Part shown: positions 41,971-55,596 of the stretch, piece by piece
Position numbering within the stretch: position 1 is the first letter of the stretch
Layout of the letters: each line of letters begins with the position of its first letter
Source: Felis catus
Taxonomy: Eukaryota
NCBI RefSeq assembly: GCF_018350175.1
Contig: NC_058368.1
Location: 233,184,001 to 233,248,000 of the forward strand
Length of the DNA: 64,000 bases
Reading direction: 5' to 3'
Made by a program: the position numbers and the translations under genes
Notes under the pieces: model-generated
What the model saw: only the letters and a program-made list of their open reading frames with translations
What the model was told of the DNA's origin: nothing
The model's database searches: none

Positions 41971-42589
41971 AGCAAACAAAAGCTAACAGAGCCAAAGTAA
42001 AAAGCAAAGGTAGGGGATTGACTTCCTAATATGAAGTGGGTTTTTTTTTTTCTTCTGAGAGAGAAAAAGAAAATGCAGATAATCATTGCTTATTAGGAGT
42101 CTAGAAACCAATTGCTTCACTTCTAAGCACAACTAGTGAAGCCTGTAAAGGTCTGACTTTTCGGACAGCCCTTGAAGGTGTGTGTTCTGGGAGACACAAA
42201 GGGTGATGCCGGGCATGCTACATCAAGAGATGGCTCTTCCACTTTTTCTGGTTTGGGGATAGCCACACCACTTCCATTTTCTCTGATCCATAGACCTTCC
42301 AGACCTGGGCGGCATTCCCCATGGAATTTCTGAGGAAACCTGGTTCTCCCAGCAACGTCTTCTTCTTGATCTTACTTCCTGTTGATAACAGGACAAAAGC
42401 CCAATAACTGGAGGCTTGATCTGAGCAAGTTCAAAGACACAAAACATAGGCACATCTCCGTTTTGGAGAGGGAAGGAGAGCTTTCCCCCTCCACCCTTAC
42501 CAAACTTTTACTTCATCTGGACTCTGAAATCATTATTCCTTATTTGCCTCGGCAGTTGCCCACCTCGTTCTGGTCAAATGCCTCAGATG

Positions 42590-43262
42590 GGACCAACGCT
42601 CCTGAAGATTTTTACATAAACTCTGGACAAAATACAAAAACAACACTTTGGGGAAACTAGAGATTTGCCAAAGGGAGGCAAATGCTGGAGGGCTGGGCAT
42701 GTGGAAAAAACAGACTGGTTTTGTGCGAAGTTCGAGTTTCCCCCTTTTTGGTAGCTTTTCGCCCGAGAGCAGGTCTCAGTCAGTTGCCTATGAAGTGCTA
42801 AAACTCACGTAGAAACCTACAGGCTTGAGGAAACAGAGGACGGAGTATGGGGCAACTACAGGAACTAAAAAGTTATTGGGGAAAATCACTAAAAGGAGGG
42901 TGGCAGAGGGAGAGCTTCAGATTTGGGACACAAACCCTACACAAAGCTTCTGTTCACCCCGAGCCATTTGCATGCAGGCTGACCACAAGCCACGCAGCTA
43001 AGGTTGCAGGATCGGAACAGAGATTTGGGTTGCACCCCATTGTGGAGAGAGGCAGAGTTTGGAGTTTGAGTCCAATCAAGTTAACTGCCTATAAAAACAA
43101 AAAACAAACAAACAAAAAATCAATAACTGTCAGAGGAACATAACAGGATAGTGTCTATGTCATGAGTTACAATGACCAAGAAACGATCCAAAATTACTAG
43201 ACATACAAAGAAATGGGAAAATGCGACCCATATTCAAAGGAAAATGTGGCTACTGGAGACTT
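42590..43262 (+). mobile_element. Old L1M 5'-end-like fragment
   Basis: ATCCAAAATTACTAGACATACAAAGAAATGGGAAAATGCGACCCATA resembles L1M 5'/ORF1-start sequence. Confidence 0.55.
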
Positions 43263-44814
43263 TATGTCCTGCAGAGTTAGGAAGAAGAAATGAAAAGATG
43301 CAAACACGCTTAGCTAGAGTGAGGGATTTGCAGAGACACAACTGTTGGACAGAGCTCTCTACCCAGAGTATCCACATCAGCCACTTTAATTTTCAAAAGT
43401 CCACTGTTGAAGTGTCCTTGATTCAAACCCCCATCCATTAACATATTACTCTTTGCTATGAGCAGTGGAGGGAGGAAAGTGGGACCATGCCTGGATGGAG
43501 AAGGGGAGAGAAGGTTTTCTGTTCTCCTGTTTTTTCAAGCTTGCTTTGAACTTGCTTGTGCCTGATGACATTTGGTATTTAAGAGAGTTGCTGGAGAACC
43601 CTGCTGCTTATTTTTAAACTTCTCTGAAAAAAACTCAGAGGTGATCTAATTCAACTTCCTTGTCTAACAACTAGTCCTGGAAAAGTTCAAGGTTACAGTG
43701 GTCATACAAGCTAGTCTCAGTAATGGGACTAGAATTTCACCCTTAGATCCCTAGCATTTTGTGCTTCAGTGATCTTCCCTTGATTATTTTATTAATTTTC
43801 AGTGCATTTTTTATCTCATGCCTACAATGTGACAACAACTGTTCTGGGATCTGGGTGTTAAAATAAACAAGGAAAATGAGATTCTGGCATTCAATCCACT
43901 CTTCACATTCTGCCTCCAAAGCTGCTCTTCCCTGATTGAAAGCGTTAGTGTGGACTATTAGACTCTTATCTCATGAGATCCCTTCCACTTTAATATTCAT
44001 CTTTTTTACAGGAGAATGCACTTTATTTTTTTCTTTGAAGCATAGTTGAATAATACTCATTTATTATGATAGCTTCCTATTAATTTTCCTTACGTGTTAT
44101 TATCTCCCCCAGATTAATCCATAGGAGTCTAAATAAAGCCAGACATTTCAATAGAAAAAATAGCTGCCACTCGCCGCTTTCCTATAACTTAGTTATTGCC
44201 AGGCATCCTTCCTTTTTCTTTATGATTCTTAAGGCAGTTCTTGGTCTATGTGCCATCTGTCTTGCTGAAGCCAATTTGAATAAATATTACAAGGTACAGT
44301 AGTTTAAATGTTCTTTATCTCAGATCCATAAAAATGTGCAACGTCTCTTACATACCGTCTTCTTATTGCTTTGGGGCAGCATAAGTAACTACATTGTTGA
44401 ATTGAACGTAATTTCTTTTTTAAACTCCTTTTGATTCTAAAATCCACGGTGATTTAATGGAAAATTACTTTCCAAAGTAAAAACATATGACTCTGAATTG
44501 CTTTCATGATTATTTCTCTTCTCTGTTGAAACCTGACCATTTACTGAAAGGAATATTTGGATTTTTGCAATCTATCGTCCATTGCCCCTTCTTTTGGTAA
44601 CAGCCTTTTCAGGAACTCTCTCCTCGTCGGGTGCATGTGAACCAAACCAGAATGATCACCCCTCTAACCCTGGAATGGTGACCTGGAGTGGAGGGACACT
44701 CAAGGTCAGCACACCCCAGGGAGATTGCACCTGCCGATTCCGTTTCCGCTTTCATTTCTTTGTCTAAATCACAGCCTTGGAAAAAACCCCTCTGTCCTTG
44801 ATTTAACCAGAGTT

Positions 44815-45019
44815 GATTTCTATTTATTCATTCACTCATTCATTCATTCATTCATTTTGAGAGAGAGAGGGGCAGAGAGAGAGGGAGAGAGAATTCCGAG
44901 CAGGTTCCACACCGTCACCGCAGAGCCTGATGTGGGGCTTGAACTCATGAACCATGAGGTCATGACCTGAGCAGAAATCAAGAGTCTGATGTTTCACCAA
45001 CTGAGCCACCCAGGGGCCC
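44815..45019 (-). mobile_element. CAN-SINE with (CATT)n tail
   Basis: Reverse SINE body ending CTGAGCCACCCAGGGGCCC. Confidence 0.9.
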
Positions 45020-47324
45020 TTTGCTTTCTATTTCTTAGAACTGAAAAGTTCTTGGTCACCCAAAAATCCCGTTTCTTCTCTCAAATATCGTTACTTAGAG
45101 CCAACGTTAATATTGCTTATAAATGTGCTCATTTGAATTACATGGAATGGAAAATTAGTGTAAGTTAGCTTTCGCCTTCATATTTTAGTAGGTTAAAGGG
45201 AAAAGTCTTCTTTGCAATTCTTCTGTATGAAAACGATTACTTCTCTACTGGGCAAGTGCTACACAAATGCTGAACATTTCGTAAATCCCCTCGTGGATCC
45301 GCCAGTCAGAGTAAAACTTAGGAAGGGTTGAGCAGCAAGCTTCACAGTGGTGGAACTGCTCAAAATGTCCTCTAAACGCTCCAAGGTGCAAAAGTGCAGG
45401 CCTAGCCCATAAGCTCAAGGAACCTTCGCTGAGTAAAGGGGAAAAGAAACACGGCAGAAAGGCAGGGACGTATTAATTTTGCATTTTGCCTGGGAAATAC
45501 ATTTTGATAAGTAATAACCACTTTTATATGTCTTTATATGTTGCGAACAGTCAGGAGAGACGGAAGAGAAGGTATTTGGAACGGCAGCGTCTATGAACGA
45601 AGGGTTAACGACTCCCACGGAGTGTTGTATAATTTCCAGCAAGCACGCACACAGATTGACTGCTTCCCCGTGGCATCACTAAGAAACCAGTGGTTTCGAT
45701 AGCCTGAGAGCACGTAAATAACAGAGGATTCGCTGTATTGGTGTAGACCACATAGCTAGGTAGAGCTAGAAATGAAATGACCACGTAAGCTTCCTGGTTA
45801 AGACCTGTAGTCTTAGGGGGTGCATGCTTCTCGAGCTCAGGAACCATTGGAACATTTCTTAAGAGAAAAATAATAATTTCCGAAACCAACAAAAGAATTC
45901 TTATGGATGGATGTACATTAATTCATGATACAATATGCTATAAAAAAAAAGTCTTACACTGATTTCGTTTATTATGCCTCAATATCCATATAGGAGACAT
46001 CATTGTCTCACTCCTTCCAAAATGGAACACTGGATGGCCACCATTCAAGGTTTTGCTTGTTTTCACTACCCGGTTTAAATGGGGATGGGTCTTACTAAAA
46101 CTGCTTTGCTGAATCTTCAAGACTTTTCAGCTCTGTATATATTCATAAGACAAAAAGATATCTCTTGCCCATTTAATGAACCATAAAAAAGTACTCTCCA
46201 TATTCTTTTCAAAAAGCTATTCCTTCCCCCTGCCTGACATGCCAGAGGCCAGTCCTCATTTAAGATTAAACTTCTGGTCAGAGGCATCCAAAAGCCCTTT
46301 ACGCCATACACTCAGAAAAGACGAGGATATATACAAGTACGTGTACACGCACACATGTATACACACACACATAGATATCCTTGAATTTTTTTAAATAAAA
46401 ATTAGGGAAAATATCTATGGACCAGAAATGAGTTGGGGACTAAGTTTTAGCCTATATAGAGCACTAGGAGTGGAAACAGTCAAGGGGGCAAGATTTAAAA
46501 CACCCAATAGAAATGGAAATTGAATAAAATCGTCTTGCTGGAAGATGCCAAATCCAGTTCCGTACATAGAGTGTGGACCTCAGTCTACGTTCTTTTTTTT
46601 TTTTTTTTTTTTTTAAGACTAGAAGCTGACAACTTCTCCTCTATGCTTGGGGTTCCAGCTAGAAACAATGTGCTCATCTACCCCAGAGAGAAGCAGAGAC
46701 CCCTGCTTGACAGGAACTGGGCACACCGCAGCCACTGGCTCTGAACTTAGAACTGCAAGATGCCGTGTCCAGCAGGCAGAACAAGACCTGACACACCCCT
46801 CCCCCAGCCTTCCATGATGTTAAGAGGAGGACGTAAGGAAACGTATACTGTTTTTACTTGATTTGGGTCTTTGGCAACTTTTGTGAATGTGTTTTTACCA
46901 TCGAATATACTAACGTCAATACATTGTAGGTCGTTTCCATTCTTGGGCTCTTTAATGTGATTTTTTTTTTTTTTTTTTTTTTGGTTAAGCTTGGCCGTAT
47001 TTATAGAGTTGCTGATGTGAGGAAGGTTTCTTCATGGGCGGATTCACGCATTTCCCTAGCCAAAGGCTCATGAGTCTCTGCTCCCTAAAGTTACCTGCGG
47101 GAGCCCAGCTGCTGTGCCCCACGGGTCCCAGGCTTCCAGCACCCCCCACACAAAATCTCCCCATCGGACGTGAGGGAATACGTCCCTTCCAGACCCAATC
47201 CTCAGCCTTCAGTGTTGAGTAGAAATCAGAAATGGTGTTGGAAAGTTCACTCTTACTGTTCCTCATTTAATTTATTTGAAGGTACGATGGTACACATAGT
47301 CTACGATTGTTTGAAAATATCTTT

Positions 47325-47812
47325 ATATTGGTTCTCTAATGCTGTTACATTTCCACAACCTTAGTGGCCAAGAACAATACCAATGTGTTATCTTATAGCT
47401 CTGGAGGTCAGAAGTCCAAAATGGGCCTCGGTAGACTAAATCGAGGGGTCAGCAGACCTGCCTGGCTCTAGGGGAGAATGTGTCTCTCGCCTTTTCCAGA
47501 TTCTAGAAGCTGCCTGTATTCTTTGGCTTGAGGACACTTCCTCCATCTTTAAAGCCGGCAGAATACCATTTCCAAATCTCTCTCTGACCCAGACCTCCCC
47601 CTTCTGCCTCTATCTTCCACAGGTGAGGATCCCTGTGACTCACTGGACCCACCCACGTGACCCAGGATCTCTTTATTTTAAGGTCATCTGATTAGCAAGC
47701 TTAATTTCAGCTTCAACTTCAACTCCCCTCTGCCAGGTAGCACATGTCCACCTGCTCTAGGGATGACAGTGTGAACATCTTTGAGGAAGGGAGCTTGATT
47801 CTGCCCACCACA
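47325..47812 (-). mobile_element. MaLR LTR (MLT1C/D-like)
   Basis: TCTTATAGCTCTGGAGGTCAGAAGTCCAAAATGGG...TTCTGCCCACCACA. Confidence 0.75.
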
Positions 47813-49144
47813 ATCTCAGCAGCTGCCCTTTGGTTTATCTTATTTCTGTGCACAAATTAATGTTATTGGAGCCCTTGGGCAATTATGTCATTATTTTTAC
47901 TTGTCATCACACGCACCTGTGCACTAGAAATCTGCTCTCTGCTCTGTTGATAAAATATACTTTGCCCAGTCTACCAGCTTCTGTTTGCCTGCGACCAGGG
48001 TTACCAAATAAATGCTCCCACTTAATGAGATTATCACACAGTGCTATTATGTCGCTACTTGTAAGCTGCTTTTCATGGCTACGTCTTTTTATTGTTTCCA
48101 TGAGACACAGATTTCTCTCTAATCCACTGACTTCACGTATCATGTAGATTCGATGGCCTCTCTTGAGCGGGTCAAGAATGCATTTTCAGAGATGAATGAG
48201 ACACAGGAGGCTTGTCCCCGGGGGGACACAGCAGCTGGGCTCCCACAGACAACTTACAGAAGTAAAGGCTCGTGAGCCTTCGGCTGGGGCGATTCCCGAG
48301 CAATCCCATCACCTGCGTCAGTGTCCCCTAGTCCTTCCTTCCTTGACACACGAGTCACAGTTTTTCCACACCCTTGCGTTTTCGCATCAGCTGTTGCTAC
48401 TCATTTTCTTTTCCTTTCCATGTCCATTTCCTTCAATTAAGCAAAAATCACTAGATGTCAAGTACCATAGCTATATTCTACCTTATCTACCAAAGCCCGG
48501 GCACGGCCCCCTACCAGTGCCATCGTGGTAAATTCAGCCCAGTTTGTGCAATATGCTAAGTTAGAGCAACCGTCACAAAGCCTCAACCTACATTTTGTGT
48601 ACGTTCCAATTCTGTGGGGTTAGGACTTTCTGTAATATGATTGAGTGGTTCATTCTTAAGAGTGGAAATGATGAAATTCTCCCATTTATTCATGCATCCA
48701 TCCATTCGTTCCTTTTTAATCTAGTTCTCAAGAAAGAGAACTGCTGTGTGCCATAAACCATGGTGGGTTTGATGGATATGAGAATGAGTAAGATAAAGCA
48801 TTTCCTTTCACAACAAAATAAAACAAAACAGAGTCTGAAAGAGGAAAATATGTATATATTAAATAGAGAGAAAAGGTACTCTACAGGCTAAGGCTGCCTT
48901 GTGTCGTCTCTCATTTTCCTCACCACAGCAATTTCTCACTATTGCAATAATGCAATAATAGATCTCACTTAGGTCTAGGATCGTGGGCATTCCCAATGAA
49001 AACGGGATAAAAATCCACATAGGAGCTTGGGGAAAGGCTGATTTGTAGTTTGGAGGTACAGAGGGCAAGATCAAAGGTATTGTTTAAAATCCAACTGCAG
49101 ACACATCATTTTTAAAACTTTCCTAATGTTTAAAAATCTCTCCA

Positions 49145-49363
49145 GGGGCGCCTGGGTGGCGCAGTCGGTTAAACGTCCGACTTCAGCCAGGTCACGATCT
49201 GGCGGTCCGTGAGTTCGAGCCCCACGTCAGGCTCTGGGCTGATGGCTCAGAGCCTGGAGCCTGCTTCCGATTCTGTGTCTCCCTCTCTCTCTGCCCCTCA
49301 CCCGTTCATGCTCTGTCTCTCTCTGTCCCAAAAATAAATAAATGTTGAAAAAAAAAATTTTTT
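49145..49363 (+). mobile_element. Young CAN-SINE with 14-bp TSD
   Basis: TSD TAAAAATCTCTCCA on both sides. Confidence 0.95.
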
Positions 49364-52133
49364 TAAAAATCTCTCCAATCAATTAAAGTACGGCAAACTC
49401 CCTAATTTTAGGAATTTTTATTTACTTCAAAATTCTAAAGCACAGGCTCACATACAACCTTCCACGTAAGAGGAACGTGTATTCAGTGAAGCAATGATTT
49501 CTGGAACTGTGATGAGCATCTGTGTTTGACAGTGACTTGCTCAGGTGACACTCTCTTCCCCACCGCAGGAAAGCACACGGTGTAATTAGTTAGCCCCTTC
49601 TGACAAGCTACTCGTGCTACTTTGCTGAAATCGAAAGACATGAAGAAAGGATCTTCCCTCTTTCCTTCAACACACCCAGTGGAAAGCTGAGTGCCCCTTC
49701 CTCGGAATTAAGTTATCACTTTCAGGGCTCTTTTGGAACTTGTCAGTGTCTCTCTTGCATTCTTGCATAAACACCTAATGAATTATGAGCTCCTGGAGGG
49801 CAGAGTCTGTGATCATCTCAGATCCCAAATAACCCCCATGACAATGCTTTGCCTATGGAAGACTGCCCTCGGTGGTTTCTTGAATGTAAAATAATTACTT
49901 CCAGGATCTTCACAGATGTTTTTAATCTCTATCCCTACCCTCAACAGGGCAATAGCAACCTGTGAACAGTTCCCTCGTAGTTAAGAAACAAAAATTTTCC
50001 AGAACATGGAGGAAAAAAAAGCTATTTTTACTTGTCATAATACACAATTGTGTACTATAAATCTGCTCTCTGCTCTGTTGATAAAATACGCTTTGCCCAG
50101 TCTACAGCTTGTATTGGTGGCACGCTCTCTACTTCAGCACTCCTGGTTCTCTATGATACTGCAAACCCACGTCAGGTGCAGCAGAGCCCCGTGAACTTGT
50201 GACGGCCCCAGGAGACAGGTGTATTGCTACGTCTCCATAATCCAGCCAGAAGATCAGCCTCGTCTACAGGCAACTGGGGTCAGAATAAAGACAGGGCTGA
50301 GTACAGGGCATCGGTATCTGTGGCTTCATGTGGTTTGGGGCACTTCAAGCCCTTAGCCTGGCTGAACAGAGAGGGGACCTTCTTAGGGACCTGGGCACCA
50401 CTGGCAGGAGACTGCCCCCGTGGATCCTTATACACAGGTTGTTCCGTGTGCTAGGACAAATACACCCTCGGAAGACCCCATCCCAGGACAGCGAATATAA
50501 GAAGATGGGGGTCCCAGCCCTGCCCCTGCCCCAGTGACCTCGAAAGTCACTTTGCCACTCCTGCCTTAGTTTCCCCCGAGGGTGGAATGTGAGGGCTGTA
50601 TCTAGATTAGCTCAAAAGGCAATGCCAGCTGGGGTACTTTGTTCGTTGCGTTCAAACATTAGAGGCAAATGTAGATCATCTGGAGTCTTATCAGATGCCC
50701 AAGAGTTTTATAACTCTCGGCAAAGAGGTAAAGAATGTGCTTCCGCCTAGTAGGAGAAAAAGAGACATTTGCAACTGTAGCCGGAAGTTTCCTGTGATTG
50801 AGGAGCTCATAGATGGCCATAAATGATTGTGTGACCAAGAGAATACACCCCAAGACTTCTGTTTCTTCTCCAAAGAATAAAGAATCCAAAAGCCATTGAT
50901 TTTTATTGTCAAATGAGAAAAAAGCGAGCGATATGCCCCGATGCCACGCAATCTGAGAGCCAAGCGGTTAGTAGAATAGCTATGAATGCAATTTTTGTCT
51001 TTTTTCATTTTATGAAGAAAAGTAGTTTTAGTTCATACAAATTGCCCTATCTTTAATCGGGGGCGGGGGGGGACATGAGGTGACAGAAGTCAAAGAAACA
51101 GTATCAAAAATCTGTTTTGATGTCATCACTTTAAAGCATAGAAATGTTTTACGTTGATTTTGCCAAAGACACCGTTTTCCTAAAGAGTGTGAAAGTTCAA
51201 CAAACTCTATCTAGTGATTCCAATGTCTAAAATCTATACTGTATAAATGCTGTTGGATATAGCTATCTCTTAATCATATTCTTCTACGATTAGTTTATTG
51301 ATGCAGTAGAGTATATTAAAGCCCTTTTGTGTCTAAGACACAAGTCTCTTTAGTCACTTTAATGACACATGTCACCTCGTTCTTTCCCTGGAGGAGTTAC
51401 AATCTATGAGAAATGATGCACACACAATCACAAAACAACCCAGTGACAGATAAATATGAGTAAAAGTTCACTTCAGTCTACGTTAACTCTCGTTCATCTC
51501 AATGAGTCTGGGGAACAGAAAAGACCAGGTGATATTTCTGAATATTAACCAATGAGGAAGGACACTCAGGTCAGAAATTGAGATTCTTTTCCTTCCTTCT
51601 CATACACCATGGTATTTCTGCAATTGAAGGCCGATCAACGTTATTTCATGACTAGTAACAGAAGGAAGCTTATGGAAAGTTTGGCTTTTGATTTGAGTCT
51701 GGAAGAAGAGGTGTGAATTCTCTTAATGGCGTTGAGGGTGCTGAGCATTCCAGATGAATGGGCACGGGCTGGAGGATGGACAGGATAAAGTGTAAGGGAT
51801 GCTCACATTTCTCACAAACAATGTACTATGTCCCTGCAGGGCAGTGGGGACAGATGAGCACAGGCGGATGGCAATCAGGTGTTGAGCAATGTAGGTTAGA
51901 GCTGAGACTTAGCAATTCATTCTGCGAGAATTTTCAGTCATTGGAAATACATAAGATAATAGCGATGGATGAAATTGGTTAATTCATAGAGTCACCTGGG
52001 AGATTCTTATAGACTTCTGGTCTACAGACTTGAAAATAGTCTTACAGACTTCCTGGGAGGGACGGGAGGGAAATGGAAGTGAATGCCAGTATGAGTAAGG
52101 AACCCAGTTCTGATCTTTAAACACAAAAGAAGG

Positions 52134-52168
<35 letters not shown>

Positions 52169-54311
52169 TATGCAGATCTCCAAGTCCAGATACTAAAACT
52201 ACATCCTCAGAAATCTGCCCTTTCTCTCCATCTCTCGGTTCTGCTTTTCTGTATTGGTTCTCTCTCAGGAATACTTTCTTCAGAGTGATACACGAGAAGG
52301 TGGTGTTACTCTGAGCTCACACGGTATTTACCTCTTAGGAGCTCAGAAAGGAAGAGAATGGGTTCAGACTGGTCCCTTTGGGGCCCCAGGTCTCGATGAG
52401 TTCCAGAAGAGAAGAGTAATCAGATTCGTAACCTTAGGCCCCAGGCACACCCCTGTGGTGAGGTAGGGGAGGGCCCTTGACTGACAGCCCCTCGTGAAGA
52501 AATGTCTATTACTTCCTTTCGCATTTCACTGGTCAAAGCAGGTCAGAAAGTCAGCACTCACTTTCAAAGAGGCAGAAAGGGCAACTGTATCATGTTCCCA
52601 GGAGGAGTCAACAAACTGTCTGTGAAAAGCCCTAGTGACCTCCACACAGCCCCCCAGAATCACAGCGAGTTCAGAAGCACACCCCCAAAGGGAAAAAACT
52701 ATGACACTATTTAGTCAAGCACTACGCTAGAAACTTCCTTGTGCTGCAGTTAGGGACATAAGCCAATAGTCTAACCATAATGGGAGACAGAAAAGAGCAG
52801 GAGGGGACAGAAATGAAAGTCACTTCAAAGGAACAATCCTCAGGGCTTCGCGAGAAACAAGATATGGAAAAAGAAGTTCTAGTTAAAACTGAGGCCTTCT
52901 GGTTTCATTGTTATCGTTTGCTTTTTATTTATTCATTCTTGTCCTGGTGCCTCAAGAGACTGAGGTACTTAGAAAAATTAGAATAAGAAGAGAATTGGTA
53001 AAGGCAGATTCTCAGTCTCAAAATGTCCAGAAGATGAATGTGACCCTAGAGGAACCCTACACCGTCAGGAGACTTCCTACCATGATTTTTTGGAGTTGAA
53101 CTGTGTCCCCACAAAATTGATGCATTGAAGCTGTAACCGCCAGGACCTCAGACTGTGTATTTAAAGACAGCATCTATAAGTAGGTAATTAAGGTCAAAGT
53201 GGAGTCATTAGGGTGGGTCCTGGTGCAACATAATGGTAAAAGTCATTTTAACTACGTAATGTAACGGAACAGTGGTAATTTAAGCGTACAGAAAGCAAAG
53301 CGGTTTTTTCTCAGCACCAGCCCAATACAATCTGCCTGCATTCTAATTAGCAAAATCTTCTGTTTTAACAAATAGTGTAGGGGACTTTAGGCATTTTTTT
53401 CACCCAACATTTTGGATGGTAAGGCATTCGGTATCAGAACTTTGTCTGCATTTTTTTTTAATTTTCTTCAAGCTATTCTTCGTGTATTAGCAGAGCGAGC
53501 CGCAGGAAAATGGAAAGCTTAGTTCTGGGATATGCTGGTCACAGTACTTTCAGGTGACAGAAAAGCAACGTAGACCAACTTCCCCAGAGGAAATAGTTTC
53601 TCTCTTCAAAACCCATCCTATCACAAAGAAGAAAATCCAATGTAATTTAGCAGATACAATGATCTTCCTCCCAAGAGAGGCAAAAATCGGCAACATTCTT
53701 TCTAACGCATCCATTTTAGTGTCGGACATATTAACTTGGTTTTCCACCTCAGGCTGACAGAATTTTGTAAACATCACTGTCCAATGCTGGTGGGATGAAT
53801 GTAGGATTGAGACATGCCGGGATTTTTGCCCTTAATCCCTTCCTGCGCATTGTTTCCAAACACGTAATCTTTTTCTTTATGTTGGGGGAATTAAGCCTGG
53901 CTTGGGGGGGTGAAATGCTGTTTCTACCTGGGTTGGATAAGAACCCATTGTTGGTTCCAAATGACTCTGGCTTTACCTCACAAAGGGTGACCTTCACAAG
54001 CTCCAAAACTTCATACCCAGTCCAACACTAGGATTTTCTGTCACCCAGATCCCCTTGTATATTTTACTGCACTGTTGAAACTTGATTTCTGAAGAGCTTC
54101 CAGAAAATAGCCTGACTGCATTGGGAGGCCAAAGGGATGGGTTGGAAGACGCACAAGACAGTTGGCTATTTTCTAGGCCCCGAGCTCACCCCACATCCGG
54201 CTCTCCGGGTTAGCAGGGGGACAGCTGCTGACTGCCAGGGACGGGGGCCCCTCCTTAGGGAATGCCCCAGCCCTGCCCAGGCCCTTCGTTCCCTCCCCAC
54301 CTCCCCTCTCT

Positions 54312-54351
<40 letters not shown>

Positions 54352-55319
54352 CTGAAATTGCAAATCCTCTTAACCCCGGCGGCGCCTCGGGGTCTGCGAT
54401 GCACCACCCTTCCCAGCAGGGCCTCCCAGTGTGCGGGGTCCTCCCAGAGCTGACCAGGAGGGTCCTCCCAGAGCTGACCAGCAACAGCAGGTGTCCCCGC
54501 ACCTCAGCCATACCCGCCCCTTCACTGCCCTGCACCCGTGGTTGTTTTAGCTTAAAAAGAAACCAGCTGCACAGCTGACAAGGGATAAAGCCGCTGGTCC
54601 ACGGGGTGGAAGAGTCGTTTTTGTGATTTGACAAAGCTGCTCCCCCCCCACTCCCCCCTTAGGGGCTCCTCCTGATCTGACTCCTCCTGGCTCCTCGCCC
54701 CCTGCCCACACACTCGCTGCTCCCTCAGACCCCCCCCCCCACACCCGGCCCCCAGCCTCACTGCACCGCCTGGGGCCCCAGGCACCCTCGCTTCCTCCCA
54801 CCCACCTGCTCCTGCTTTGCCAGAAAAGTCCAACCACTGGTTTGTAGCCCCCACTGCCCTTCATCTGCACCATCGCCGACTTTTCAGGTCATCGGCCCAT
54901 TCCCATCTCGGGGATCCCCCTGTGCCCTGACCCCCCCCCGAGGTCCCCGGGGCCGGCACAGAGGCCTCCTCACCCGGGCTCCCCCTCAGCCCCCTGAGCA
55001 CACGCGGCAGGTGGATGCCGCCCAGTAACGAATGCCCAACCCGCAGCTGACTCCGGCCTCGCAGCCTCGGTTCCACGTACCTTTCGGGAAAGACGCGGAT
55101 TTTCAGAAAGGCGTCTTCCTAGGGGACTGCTCCCACCACACAGGAGATTCGCGTGTAGACCCGGCTGCTGCGAAAACATCGGTTTGCGCTAAATTCTGTT
55201 GGTTCAAGTGGGTGCAGGTGGCTCTGAGAGACCCCTGGTCTAGCTTACTAAAACACCCCCACCCTACCTTCAACTTTGTAAACGCCTCACTCGCAGAGCC
55301 TGTACTCCCACTAGTTAAC

Positions 55320-55340
55320 AAACAGGATTTCTGCGGTTAG
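55320..55340 (+). promoter_or_regulatory. U3 enhancer core: Ets (LVb)-like site plus RUNX core site
   Basis: AAACAGGATTTCTGCGGTTAG resembles the conserved gammaretroviral AAACAGGATATCTGTGGT enhancer framework. Confidence 0.7.
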
Positions 55341-55403
55341 ACATCTGGACACCGGGGGAGCTGTACAGGCTGCTACATAGATAACCGCTTTCCTCTCGCT
55401 TCT

Positions 55404-55454
55404 GTAATCTTGCTTACGCGCCCAACCATAGTAATCTTGCTTACGCGCCCAACC
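55404..55454 (+). repeat. U3 tandem duplication, 24-bp identical unit at 27-bp period (present in both LTRs)
   Basis: GTAATCTTGCTTACGCGCCCAACC at 55404-55427 and 55431-55454. Confidence 0.95.
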
Positions 55455-55596
55455 CTAACTGGAAGGTTCCTAGCCGCTTCGCAGCCCGGGCTCCAAGTTG
55501 CATCAGCCAAAAGAAACTTCATTTCCCAAGCTTCCCCGGGACGAAACTACCCACAACCCTAACCATCACCGAGCAGAGAGCCTACCACCAGCCTGT

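Noticed and set aside
45280..45960. CpG-containing non-repeat-looking stretch, possible processed pseudogene or transposase remnant
   Set aside because: No recognisable protein in the ORF translations, and no TSD or convincing poly(A) tail. A database search would be needed.
4546..49363. tRNA-like A/B boxes and recurring short ORFs (MAQSVK..., MGQRETEHERGRG...)
   Set aside because: These are tRNA-derived CAN-SINE heads and their translations, not tRNA genes or proteins.
53235..53327. Mariner/MADE-like terminal sequence (…TTTTTTCTCAGCACCAGCCCAATA)
   Set aside because: Only one plausible end and no matching inverted repeat, so too weak to call.
198..54363. Numerous 60-150-aa ORFs in the ORF track
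   Set aside because: Lengths are as expected by chance, many overlap repeats, and none resembles a known protein or forms a supportable exon chain.
54436..54481. 22-bp direct repeat at 24-bp period (GGGTCCTCCCAGAGCTGACCAG)
   Set aside because: Simple two-copy slippage duplication with no further structure.
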